Shown piece by piece: positions 47,780 through 58,475 of a stretch of 64,000 nucleotides of DNA (position 1 is its first letter; every line of letters starts with the position of its first letter). Below the pieces are notes generated by a model. That model had not been told where the DNA came from and searched no databases. It saw only the letters and a program-made list of their open reading frames with translations. The position numbers and the translations under genes are program-made. Location of the stretch: NCBI GenBank assembly GCA_963829195.1, contig CAWHHS010000006.1:798006-862005 (forward strand). Reading direction: 5' to 3'. The DNA comes from an uncultured Actinomycetes bacterium (lineage in GTDB: Bacteria; Actinomycetota; Acidimicrobiia; IMCC26256; PALSA-610).

Positions 47780-47940
47780 CCACGGCGTTTATACGGAGCC
47801 CGTTCCCGCAGGCATTCCGGCTCGCCCATCTCGCGATGGGCCTACGGCTGCGGGTCAGCGCCGGACTTGGACCGGCTTCCCCCGCGAGAACGTGCGTCGC
47901 GGAACGTAGCACAGCACCCGGCCGCCGGCATCACCCCGAT
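47780..47940 (-). promoter_or_regulatory. cobalamin (B12) riboswitch-like aptamer
   Basis: The minus strand reads GGGGAAGCCGGTCCAAGTCCGGCGCTGACCCGCAGCCGTAGG, then GAGCCGGAATGCCTGC (47823-47808). These match the conserved core and B12 box as I remember the consensus. It lies in the 293-nt gap upstream of the operon. Confidence 0.65.
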
Positions 47941-47979
47941 CGGGACCGCCCGGCCGCGTGTTCGGCAACCTCGCCCCCG

Positions 47980-48590
47980 CTATTTCGCGCGGGACTTCGC
48001 CTTGGCGCCGTTGGTGCCGGACGGCAGGGCCGGCATCGCGTCGCGCAACTCCTCGACCGCACCGCACAGAGCGTCGACCTTGCGTTCCAACGACGCCAAG
48101 CGGTCGTCGCCGTGCGCGCCGGCACCGTTCCCGGCCGGCGGCCGCCGCGCACAACTGCTCGTGACACTGCCGGAGGCACGCGCGCGGTGTCGCGCTCTTC
48201 GGCGATGTAGCGGCCGAGCAGTTCCCCGGTCGCGATGTCGATCGAGTGATCGCGGAAGAAGTCGTCGAAGATGTCGGGTTCGTCGCCGCGGTCGAGGCGG
48301 TGGAGCTTCAGTGCCTCCATCTTCTCGAGATCCGAGCAGTCGGAGGTGACGAGCGCGATCGCCTTCGCATTCTCCTCGGCACCTTTCGGGCGCACGTCGT
48401 AGCCCAGTTCGTTGATACGGCGTGCGAACGACATCGCGTGCTCGCCTTCGCGTGCCGCCACCTTGCGCAGCACGGCGCGGACGTCGTCGCTCGGCGTCAC
48501 TTCGGCCCACGCGCAGAGATATGAGTGCGCATTGCCCTCGGCATTGGCGATCGCGTTCAGCAGCCCGAGGTAGGTCGGCTTGTCACTCAT
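47980..48590 (-). CDS. ferritin-like/rubrerythrin-like domain protein; one frame break
   Basis: MSDKPTYLGLLNAIANAEGNAHSYLCAWAEV...LRKVAAREGEHAMSFARRINELGY. Coiled C-terminus (LASLERKVDALCGAVEELRDAM) is in the frame ending at 47980. Break near 48175. Confidence 0.55.
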
Positions 48591-48669
48591 CGTGCGCCTC
48601 CGTCGTCGAATGCCCGCAGACCACGCTCGCGCCGATCGCCGCCGCGTGCAAAGAGGGCCCGACGCCGGC

Positions 48670-50846
48670 TCAGCCGGCGGCCCGGAGCCGGAGGCGGACC
48701 CAGCCCGCGTCGCCGACGTCGACCGCAACCTCCCAGCGGCCGCGGTCGTCGCGGGTCACGGGGACCTCCGAGGAACCGCCGCCCGGCGCCCGGCACTCCG
48801 CCGCGATCGCGCGCCGGACCAGCCCGCGACCCGCACCCGTTCGCCCGCGCCGAGCACGGTGACGACGACTCCTTGTCGGTCACGGTGACGTCGGCGATGC
48901 GGGTATCGCCCGCGCACACGTACACGCCCGGATCGCCGAGCACCGCGATCTCCCCCGCGAGCACGGGCGCGAGGATCCGGTAGTCCCATCCAGCCGGCAC
49001 GAGCGCGACGTCGTAGCCAGCGTCGGCGGCCAACACGTCGACCGCGCCGGTGCGCCAGTCGAACACCGCGACCGCGTCGGCCTCGGGCGCGTCTTCGCCG
49101 AGACTCGCCAACTCGACCCGCGTCGTGCCCGCCGCGCCGTCCATCCCGACGTTGGTCGTGACGACGTAGCCCCATTGTCCCGCCGAATGACACGTGTCGC
49201 GCGGACGCGACGAGCAACGCGCCCGTCCACACCGGCGCGTCGAACATCGCCCGGTCGATCGCGGCAATCGGGAACGTCGGGCCGCACGAGCACGCCGTCG
49301 GCGCGGCACGTCCGCCGGATGAGATCGACGTCGGCCTCGCCGATCCGGTCGCCGACGCCCACCGGTCCCGCCGAGAGCGCCGCGAGCAACGCCTCGACCT
49401 CGCGGGTCGCCGAACCCGCCGCGGAATGGAACACGTCCTTGTACGGCCACAGGCCGAGCGCGCGGGCCATGGCGTTGTTGTGCAGGAACCACGCCCACAA
49501 CACTTCGGGACCGACGAGGTAACCGTGGTCGCCGCTCGTGCGGATCGACGTGACGTTGCGCAGCCGGCTCGTCTCCGCGAAGTCGGCCGGGCGAGGCCAT
49601 GCACCACTGCGCGTGCAGGTTCCGCGCGCCGAGCCCGGCGTCGATCCCCTCCTGCCACGCCGCGGCGCGGCCCGGCGCGCGCAGTTGGCGCACGCCGAGG
49701 AAACATTCGATCAACCAGTCGTGCTCGAAGACCTCGACGCCCCAACTCACGGCCTGGTCGAGCAACCGTTCGTAGAGCTCGCCGTCCCTCGGGTGCGCGC
49801 GGTCGCCGTCGACCCACGTCGCGAACTCGTCGACGTAGGGCGACTGCGACGAGAGGTGCCGGCAGTGCACGGTCAACGGCCGGCGACCGAGCCGCTCGCG
49901 CAACGATGCGCACACCGTCGGGCAGCACGTCGGCGCGCGCCTCCCAGCGGACCATGCCGGTCGGCGGGACGACCCACTCGTCGGTGTCGAACGGGCGCAG
50001 CACCTCGTGCGGGTACCACCACGAGTCGAGTTGCACCGATCCGACCGGCAGGCCGCGCGCTTCGAGGTCGTCGACCGCGGCGACGACCGTGGAAGCCGCG
50101 TCGAGGCCGGGTTCGGTCCGGTACCAGTACGCGCTGCCGTTGTCGGTCCAGTACGACACCCGCGTCCCGAGCGTGTCGGCGTCGCGATCGGGAGCGGACA
50201 CACCCGACCTCGCGCGCAAGAGGCGGGCCCAGCGCGCGTAGCAGTCGCGCGCGCCGTTCCCGGCGATCACCGCGAGCTCGGTGGTGAATCCGGCGTCGAC
50301 GGCGTCGATGTCGCCGTGCCAGCCCACGCGCAGACCCGAACCGGCCTGTTCCTTGCCCGCGGGCACGCCGATCACCTGCTCGTGGAACGCACCGAGCGGC
50401 GCGAGCAGGATGGTGCGACCGTCGGGCGCGACCAGACCGAGCGGCATCACCACCGCGGGCCGGAAGGGCAGCAGCCGCCAGCGCGAAGCGCGGCATCACT
50501 GAAGACCGGCAGCGCGAACTCCGTGTACTGATGGCCGAACGCGCGCATTCCTACGGGCGCGCCGCCCTCGGCTCGGCGGTCGGGCTCGAAGTGCCACACG
50601 ACCGCAGGTGACGCGAAGTCGCCCGTCGCGAGCCCGCGCGGCGCAGTGCGTCGCGCGCAGCCGCAGCACGAGCACGGGTTCGTCGCCGTCGCCGAGCGCG
50701 CGCACGTCGCCGACGATCGCGTCGCTCGGTGTGACGACGCGGCCGGGCCCGAGCCAGTCCGACTCTCCCCAACCGATACGCACGTGGCCGTCACCCGCCA
50801 CGACGGCACGCAACGGTCCCGCGCGCAACGCGACGGATTCGGGCAT
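48670..50846 (-). pseudogene. glycoside hydrolase, GH36/Sip1 (raffinose-synthase)-like; at least 5 frame breaks
   Basis: Pieces: MPESVALRAGPLRAVVAGDGHVRIGW...; VVWHFEPDRR...GHQYTEFALPVF; SYWTDNGSAYWY...VQLDSWWYPHE; WGVEVFEHDWL; LWPYKDVFHS...ALLAALSAGPVGVGDRIG; VAVFDW...GWDYRILAPV. Family call is tentative. Confidence 0.5.
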
Positions 50847-51709
50847 CAGCGGGCGGCGAACTCGAGCAGCTGCGGCGCGAGCAGCGGCCACCGTTCGAAG
50901 AGGCGCGCCGGTGCCGCTGCGCGCCGCGTCGCTGCGCTCGATCCACTCCCGGTCACCCCACGGCGGCTCGACGAGCTGCGAGCCGGGGATCAGCCGGTGC
51001 AGCAGCTCCGACGTCGCGCGCGTGTGGTACGGGTCGCTCGCGCCGCTGCGGAAGACGAGCGTCGGGATCGTCGAAGTCGGGCGAGCGCGGCGTCGGGCAG
51101 GCCCGGCAACGTCGCGTTCGGGTCGGGGCAGTACACGAGCATCCACCGTTCGAGCGTCTCGATGAACTCGCGCGGATCGAGTGCGAGGAAGCGTTCGCGG
51201 TTGCCCGGGATTGCGTTCGAGCACCTCCGCCCATTCCGGGAGCTCGACGACCGCCTTCCATCCCGTCCTGCCACGCGGCCCGGATCGACTCGCCGCAGTA
51301 GACGATCGCGAGCGTCAACAGCCCGAACGGGCCGCCGGAGATCCACCACACGCCGAGCTTCGACACGACGTCGCGGATGGCGGGCGGCCGCGAGCAGCGA
51401 CACGCGCGCGCCGCCGGATCCGCCGACGACGACCGCGGGCGCGAGGTCGAGCGCGCGGAGCAGGCCGGCGAGCCGAGTCGGCCTGCATCTCCGACTCCGA
51501 CGCCCCGTCGAAGCAGATGTCGGACTCGCCGGTGTTCGGGCGGTCCCAGATCACGACGCGCTGCCCGTGCGCGGCCAGCGGCCTCGGCGAGCTCCCGCAC
51601 GCCGGGCGCCTCCTTGGTGAAGCGGCCGCCCGGCGTCACGATCCACGGGCCGGCCCTCGCCGACGATCTCGTACGCGATCGCCGTGCCGTCGATCTCGAC
51701 CGTCGCCAT
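50846..51709 (-). pseudogene. alpha/beta-fold hydrolase; at least 7 frame breaks
   Basis: MATVEIDGTAIAYEIVGEGRP / WIVTPGG / VIWDRPNTGESD / VVVGGSGGARVSLLAAARHP / WWISGGPFG... / PTLVFRSGASDPYHTRA / PLFERWPLLAPQLLEFAAR-stop, spread over all three frames. TGATG junction with the GH gene. Confidence 0.6.
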
Positions 51710-51781
51710 GCGTCGCGCGACTGTATAGTCGGGTCGTCGGACCGTGCGCCGCAGCGCTGCGCATGCAGCCGCGGAGGGAAG

Positions 51782-53334
51782 TTGAGCAAGCGCCGGCTCG
51801 GCGAGACTGCCCGTGATGACGGCGTCGACGCTCCCGTCGTGGCCCACTGGGTCGACGGCAAGCTCGTCGAGGGATCGCCGCACGCGCACGGGTGAGGTCT
51901 TCGACCCCGCGACCGGCCGGCGTGACGAAGCACGTCGCGTTCGCGTCCGCCGACGAGGTCGACGCCGCGGTCGACGTCGCGACCGAGCGCGTTCGCGGCG
52001 TGGCGCGACGTCGTCGCTCGCGGAGCGCATCAAGCATCCTGTTCCGGTTCCGCGACCTGCTCGACCGACGCGTCCGACGAGCTCGCGGCGATCATCACCG
52101 CCGAGCACGGCAAGGTGCCGAGCGACGCGCGCGGCGAGGTCGCGCGCGGGCTCGAGGTCGTGGAGTTCGCGTGCGGGATGCCGCAACTGCTCAAGGGCGA
52201 CTTCTCCGAAGGCGTGTCGGCGCGGGTCGACGTGACCTCGATGCGCCAGCCGCTCGGCGTCGTCGCGATCATCAGCCCGTTCAACTTCCCCGCGATGGTG
52301 CCGTGCTGGTTCTTCCCGATCGCGATCGCGGCCGGCAACACGGTGATCCTCAAGCCGAGCGAGAAGGACCCGTCGGCGGCGAACTGGCTCGCCGAGCTGT
52401 GGGCCGAGGCGGGACTGCCGGCCGGCGTGTTCAACGTCGTGCACGGCGACAAGGTCGCGGTCGACCGGCTGCTCGAGCACCCGGGGGTCAAGGCGGTCTC
52501 GTTCGTCGGGTCGACGCCGATCGCGCGCTACGTCTACGAGACCGCGACGCGTTTCGGCAAGCGGGTCCAGGCGCTCGGCGGCGCGAAGAACCACATGGTC
52601 GTGTTGCCCGACGCCGACCTCGACCTCGCGGCCGACTCCGCGGTCAACGCGGGCTTCGGTTCGGCGGGCGAGCGGTGCATGGCGATCTCGGCCGTCGTCG
52701 CGGTCGGTGCGACCGCCGACGAGCTCGTCGCGAAGATCGCGGAGCGCATCGGCGGGCTGACGGTGGGCGACGGCCGCGCCGGGCGCCGACATGGGTCCGC
52801 TCATCACCGCGCGCGCATCTCGACAAGGTCACGTCGTACCTCGACGCCGGCGTGAAGGCCGGCGCGACGCTCGTCGTCGACGGCCGGGAGCACCCGAGTT
52901 CGACGGCGAACCGGCCGGGTTCTGGTTGGGCCCGACGCTCTTCGACCACGTCACCGCCGACATGGACCTCTACACCGACGAGATCTTCGGCCCGGTGTTG
53001 TCGGTGGTGCGGGTCGACACCTACGACGACGCGCTCGACCTCGTGAACGCCAACCCCTACGGCAACGGCGCCGCGATCTTCACCAACGACGGCGGCGCGG
53101 CGCGCCGCTTCCAGAACGAGGTCGAGGTGGGGATGGTCGGGATCAACGTGCCGATCCCCGTTCCCGTCGCGTACTACTCGCTTCGGCGGCTGGAAGAGCT
53201 CGCTGTTCGGGGACACGCACGCGTACGGCCCCGACGGCGTGCACTTCTTCACCCGTGTCGCAAAGTCGTGACCAGCCGCTGGCTCGACCCGAGTCACGGC
53301 GGCGCTCAACCTCGGCTTCCCGCAGAACCGATAG
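51782..53334 (+). pseudogene. mmsA: methylmalonate-semialdehyde dehydrogenase (CoA-acylating)-like ALDH; at least 10 frame breaks
   Basis: GGAGGGAA SD plus TTG 51782. Pieces: VAHWVDGKLVEGS / RTGEVFDPATGR / [17 protein letters not shown] / AFAAWRDV / ILFRFRDLL / [14 protein letters not shown]...[13 protein letters not shown]...GERCMAIS... / MGPLIT / [10 protein letters not shown] / FWLGPTLFDHV...EIFGPVLSVV...PVPVAYYS / [16 protein letters not shown] / VVTSRWLDP. Confidence 0.75.
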
Positions 53335-53369
53335 ACCCAACTCCGAACCGACGACACGAGGGGATTCGC

Positions 53370-54550
53370 ATGCCGCTTCCGCTGGACCAGGTCAAGGTCG
53401 TCGACGCCGACACCCACATGACCGAACGGCACGACCTCTGGACGAGCCGCGCGCCGGCCAGGTTCAAGGATCGGGTGCCGCACGTCACCCAGGTCGACGG
53501 CGCGGCGACCTGGGTCGTCGAAGGCGACGTCGTGCTCGGACGCGCCGGCGCGGGCGGTGTCGTCGACAAGCACGGCAAGAAGGGCCGCTCGTTCGAAGGC
53601 CTCTACGAATGGGAGATCGAGCAGGGGCACGCCGGCCGGCCACGACCCCGCCGCCCGCATGCAGCCTGCTCGACGAGATCGGGATCTGGGCGCAGATCGT
53701 GTTCCCGGGCGTCGTCGGTCTCGGCGGCCAGAACGCTCGGCGACCTCGTGAAGGACACCGCGCTGCGCGACCTCTGCCTCGAGATCTTCAACGACGCGAA
53801 CGCCGAGCTCCAGGCCGAGTCCGGCAACCGGCTGCTGCCGATGGCGATCCTCCCCGCGTGGGACATCGACGCGTGCGTCCGCGAGGTGCGAGCGCGCCAA
53901 GAGCCTCGGCCTGCGCGGCGTGAACCTCACGTCCGACCCGCAGGACCTCGGCTCGCCCGACCTCGCGAACCGCGGCCTGGGACCCGGTGTGGGACGCGTG
54001 CAGCTCGCTCGAGATGCCGGTGCACTTCCACATCGGTGCGAGCCTCACGACGATGAACTTCTTCGGCGCGTACCCGTGGGATTCGCACGACGACGACACG
54101 AAGCTCGCGATCGGCGGCGCGCTCGCTGTTCATCGGGAACGCGCGTGTCGTCGTCAACATGATCTGCTCGGGGATGTTCGACCGCTACCCGACGCTCGAA
54201 GGTCGTGTCGGTCGAGAGCGGCACCGGCTGGATCCCGTTCATCCTGGAAGCGCTCGACTACGAGATGGACGAGAACGCGCCGCAGGCCAAGGCCGCGGAT
54301 GTCGATGCTGCCGTCGGAGTACTTCAAGCAGAACATCTACGCGACCACGTGGTTCGAGCACCGGAACCTGGCCGCGCTCGATCGAATCGGTCGGCGAGGA
54401 CAACATCATGTTCGAGACCGACTTCCCGCACCCGACGTGCCTGTACCCCGACCCGTTGAAGACCGCCGAGCACAACCTCGCCGGACCTGCAGCCCCGAGG
54501 TGCAGCGCAAGATCCTCGGCGAGAACGCCGCCAAGCTCTACAAGCTCTAG
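53370..54550 (+). pseudogene. amidohydrolase-2 (ACMSD-like metal-dependent hydrolase/decarboxylase) family; about 10 frame breaks
   Basis: VVDADTHMTE (HxH-type start), LLDEIGIWAQIVFPG, LCLEIFNDANAEL, LGLRGVNLTSDP, LEMPVHFHIG, MICSGMFDRYPTL, SVESGTGWIPF, MLPSEYFKQNIYATTWFE, IMFETDFPHP, QRKILGENAAKLYKL. The coding frame steps 0,1,2,0,1,2,0,1,2,0,2. Confidence 0.75.
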
Positions 54551-55979
54551 TTGCGGTTCGACACCAGCTACGACGCGGTCGTCGTGGGCGCGGGCCCGAA
54601 CGGTCTGGTCGCGGCGGCGGAGATGGCCGCGGCGGGGCGGCGCGTGCTCGTGCTCGAGTCGGCGCCCGAGATCGGCGGCGGCACGCGCTCGAAGGAGCTC
54701 ACGCTCCCCGGTTTCGTGCACGACGTGTGCTCGGCCATCCACCCGCTCGCGGTCGCGTCCCCGGCACTCCGAGCGCTTCCCCTCGCGGAGTACGGCGTCG
54801 AGTGGATCCACCCCGACGTCCCGCTCGCGCATCCGCTCGACGGAGGTCGCGTCGCGCTCCTCGAACGTTCCGTCGACGCGACCGCGGCGCAGTTCGGGCG
54901 CGACGCGCCCGCGTACCGCCGCCTCGTCCGGCCCTTCGTCGCCGCGGGCGACGCGCTCGCCGAGGGCCTGCTCGCACCGCTCGCCCTGCCGCCGCGCCAT
55001 CCGCTCCTTCTGGCCCGCTACGGCGCGATCGGCATCCGATCGGCGACGAGCGTGACGCGCCGGTTCGAGACCGACGAACCGGCGGCCCTGTTCGCGGGCC
55101 TGGCCGGCCACGCGATGCTCACGTTGCAGTCACCGCTCACCTCCGGGCTCGGGCTGTTCCTCGCCACCCTCGCCCACCACGGGGGCTGGCCGCTGGCGAA
55201 GGGCGGCTCGGCTGCGCTGAGTGCCGCGCTCGGCGCGATCGTCGTCGCACGGGGCGGAACCATCGAGTGCGACCGGACGGTGACGTCGCTGCGCGACCTT
55301 CCGCGGGCGCGGGTCACGCTGCTCGACCTTACGCCCCGCCAGCTTCTTGCGATCGACGACGGCCGCCTCCCGCCGCGGTATCGCCGCACACTCGCGCGCT
55401 ATCGATACGGACCCGGCGTGTTCAAGGTCGACTGGGCGCTCGACGGTCCGGTGCCGTGGACCAACACGGCCGTCGGGCGCGCCGCGACCGTGCACCTCGG
55501 CGGCACCGCGGCCGAGATCGCGGCGTCGGAGCTCGACATCGGCCGGGGCCGCAATCCCGAACGCCCGTACACCTTGTTCGTCCAGCCGTCCTTGTTCGAT
55601 CCCGGCCGGGCGCCCGCGGGCCGGCACACCGCGTGGGCGTACTGCCACGTTCCCGCCGGCTCCGCCGTCGACCGGACCGACGCGATCGAGGCTCAGGTCG
55701 AGCGCTTCGCGCCGGGATTCCGCGACCGCATCGCCGGCCGTCACGTCATGGGCCCGGCCGCGATGGAGCGCTACGACGCGAACTACGTCGGCGGCGACAT
55801 CAACGGCGGCGTCTTGGACGTGCGCCAGTTCCTCGCCCGCCCGCGCCTCGGCTTGCACCCGTGGGCGACACCGGTGCCGCGGCATGTACCTGTGCTCGTC
55901 GTCGACCCCACCCGGAGGTGGCGTCCACGGCATGTGCGGTTGGCACGCGGCGCAGCTCGCGCTGCGCCGAGATCGTTGA
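54551..55979 (+). CDS. FAD-dependent oxidoreductase, phytoene-desaturase (CrtI)-like; one frame break
   Basis: [30 protein letters not shown] (Rossmann GxGxxG). The C-terminus [23 protein letters not shown] is in the next frame. Break near 55880. TTG start abuts the upstream stop. Confidence 0.75.
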
Positions 55980-56165
55980 ACCCGTCGAACGGTCTCGGCG
56001 GCCTCATACGAAGGCACGCGAGCCCGCCGAATCGCGGCGAATGCCGGACAACGCCCCGGACTCCCGGTGTGACAGTCGTCGAAACGCATTGCGGTCTCTC
56101 GCCGACTGTCCGTACGATTCGGTAGGGACACAGGCCGCGTCGGGCCGGAGGGCGGGGGTTTCGAG

Positions 56166-57661
56166 ATGTTCGGGTCAGGTTTCACGCGTCGCCCGGTAAG
56201 GCCGCGCACACTCGCACGCGTCGTGTCGGTCGTCACCCTCCTCGCGGCGCCGCTCGCGATCAGTACCTGGGCCGAAGCGACCCCGACCCCGACCCCGGCC
56301 GCCGCACCGGTCTCGTGCGCGCCGGCCGCGGCCCGACCGAGCGCCGTCGCGGTCGGCATCCAGTGGGCCGTACGTACCACCGGTGCGTGCGCGAGCCCGA
56401 CCGCCGGCGCCCGCACCGCCGGGGGCGGGACTCCGCCGAGCCCCTCGTTCCGCGGCTCGCCGCCCCTGCGCTTCCACAGTGGCCCCGTCACCGGGACGAC
56501 CAAGCCGGGTGAGCTCACGGTGACGCCCGTCTACTGGGTGCCGACGGGAAGCTCGCTCACGATCCCCGCGCAGTACAAGACCCTGCTCAACCGGTTCGTC
56601 GCCGACGTCGCGCACGACAGCAACAAGGCAACGAACGTCTTCTCCGCGTTGAAGCAGTACACGAACTCGGGTGGCGCGAAGCTGCACTACCTGATCCACG
56701 CGGGTACGCCGATCGTCGACACCGACGCGTTCCCGGCGGGCGGATGCACCGCCGACACGGGCGCGATCTACTCGGACAACACGCACTACTCGGTTTGCAT
56801 CACCAACAGCCAGCTCCTCCACGAGGCGTCGGTGTTCACGACCGCGCACGGCCTGCCGAACACCGACCTCGCGCACCTCTACGTGTATTACATGCCCAAG
56901 GGCGTCGAGACGTGCTTCACGCGCGACGAACGGCGCGCACGGCGGCACCTGCAGCATCAACGTCAACGGGGGCTTCTGCGGGTACCACGCGTTCAGCGCA
57001 CCCCCGCTCGTCGCCAACCTGAGCTACGCGGTAGTGGACTCCCCGCTCGGCTGGACGTGCAGCTCCGACGCGGGATCGAACACCGGCGGGAACCAGTCAC
57101 CGAACGCGAACATCGACGCCGACACCGAGATCAGTATCTCGAGCCACGAGCTCAACGAGACGATCACCGATCCCGAAGGCTCGGCCTGGTACGACTCGTC
57201 CGGGAACGAGAACGGCGACGACTGCGCGTACATCTACGGCGACAGCAGCTCGTTCGGCGGTGCGGCCGGCGCGCTCTACAACCAGACGATCAACGGCCAC
57301 CACTACTTCGTCCAGGAAGAGCTCAGCAACGACGACTACGCCGCGAACAGCGTCGTTCGCGTGCGTCCAGAGCGAGGACACCGTGTCGGTGACACCGGCG
57401 GCGGGCGTCGCGTCCACGCCCGTGACCGTCACCGGCTCCGGCTTCGCGGTCGGCGAGTCGGTCAAGGTCACGTACACGACCGGGCTCGCCGCCCCGAAGA
57501 CCGTGACGCTGTGTACGCGGACCGCGAGCGCGACCGGCACGATCAGCTGTTCGGCCGCGATCCCGTCCGCGGGCACCGCGGGCTCAGTCGGTGTCCACAA
57601 GATCCAGGCGCGGGGCGCCATCACGAAGCGGCACCCGACCGTCGACTTCACGCTCAGCTGA
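56166..57661 (+). pseudogene. secreted protein of unknown family with C-terminal Ig-like (IPT/TIG-type) domain; 2 frame breaks
   Basis: Signal peptide VVSVVTLLAAPLAISTWAEA. Conserved-looking core VTPVYWVP...ALKQYTN..., CSINVNGGFCGYHAF, HELNETITDPEG. Tail VSVTPAAGVASTPVTVTGSGFAVGESVKVTY. Breaks near 56930 and 57345. Confidence 0.5.
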
Positions 57662-57699
57662 CGAACGGGCGGCGGGAGCCGTCGGTCGGACTGACAGAC

Positions 57700-58448
57700 T
57701 GGGCACCTGCATCACCGCAAGGGACTGCCGGACGAGTGGGTCGACATCGTCGACGAGCACGTCGCGCTGTGGCGCCGCGCTCGACGACCGAGGAGCGCGA
57801 GATCCTGGAGGCGGACAGCGACTGGCTCTTGCGCCACAAGCACTGGGAGGCCGCGCACGGTTTCGAGCTCGACGACGTCATCACGGTGACGATCGCGATG
57901 CAGGCCGCGCTGCTCGTGCTGCGGCTCGACGTCGACGATTACCGTGAGGTCGGCGCGATCGTGGTCTACCCGACCGCGATGCAGTCGCGCGGCGAGTACG
58001 CGGGCCCGGCGCCGCGGCACGGTGACGGACGGCGTCGTCCCGGTGCTCGGCGAGGCGCACGACCGGCACGGCCCGGTGTTGCTCGCCTGGGACCAGGCGC
58101 ACGCCGCCGCGCGCACTCCCGGCCGCGGCCACAACGTCGTGTTCCACGAGTTCGCGCACAAGCTCGACATGCTCGACGCGACCCTCGACGGCACTCCGCC
58201 GCTGCCCCGCGGCGAGACCCGGTCGCGGTGGGTCGAGGTGTGCACGGAGGCGTACACGGCGTTGCGGAACGGGATCGCCCGGCCGCCACTCCAGCCCTAC
58301 GGCGCGACCAACCCGGCCGAGTTCTTCGCGGTCGCGACCGAGGCGTTCTTCGACGTCCCCGAGCTTCTCGCGCGCAACGAACCGCAGCTGTACGAGGTGC
58401 TCGGCGATTTACTACCGCCAGGACCCCGCGGCGAGACCGCGCCGGTAG
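57700..58448 (+). pseudogene. MtfA-like zinc peptidase (M90 family); at least 3 frame breaks, start not located
   Basis: GLPDEWVDIVDEHVALWRR / LDD / EEREILEADSDWLLRHKHWEAAHGFEL...VVYP / GEAHDRHGPVLLAWD...VVFHEFAHKLD (HExxH)...NPAEFFAVATEAFF / YYRQDPAARPRR-stop 58448. Confidence 0.6.
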
Positions 58449-58475
58449 CCGGTCGGCGCGTCGCCGGTCAGGCGC

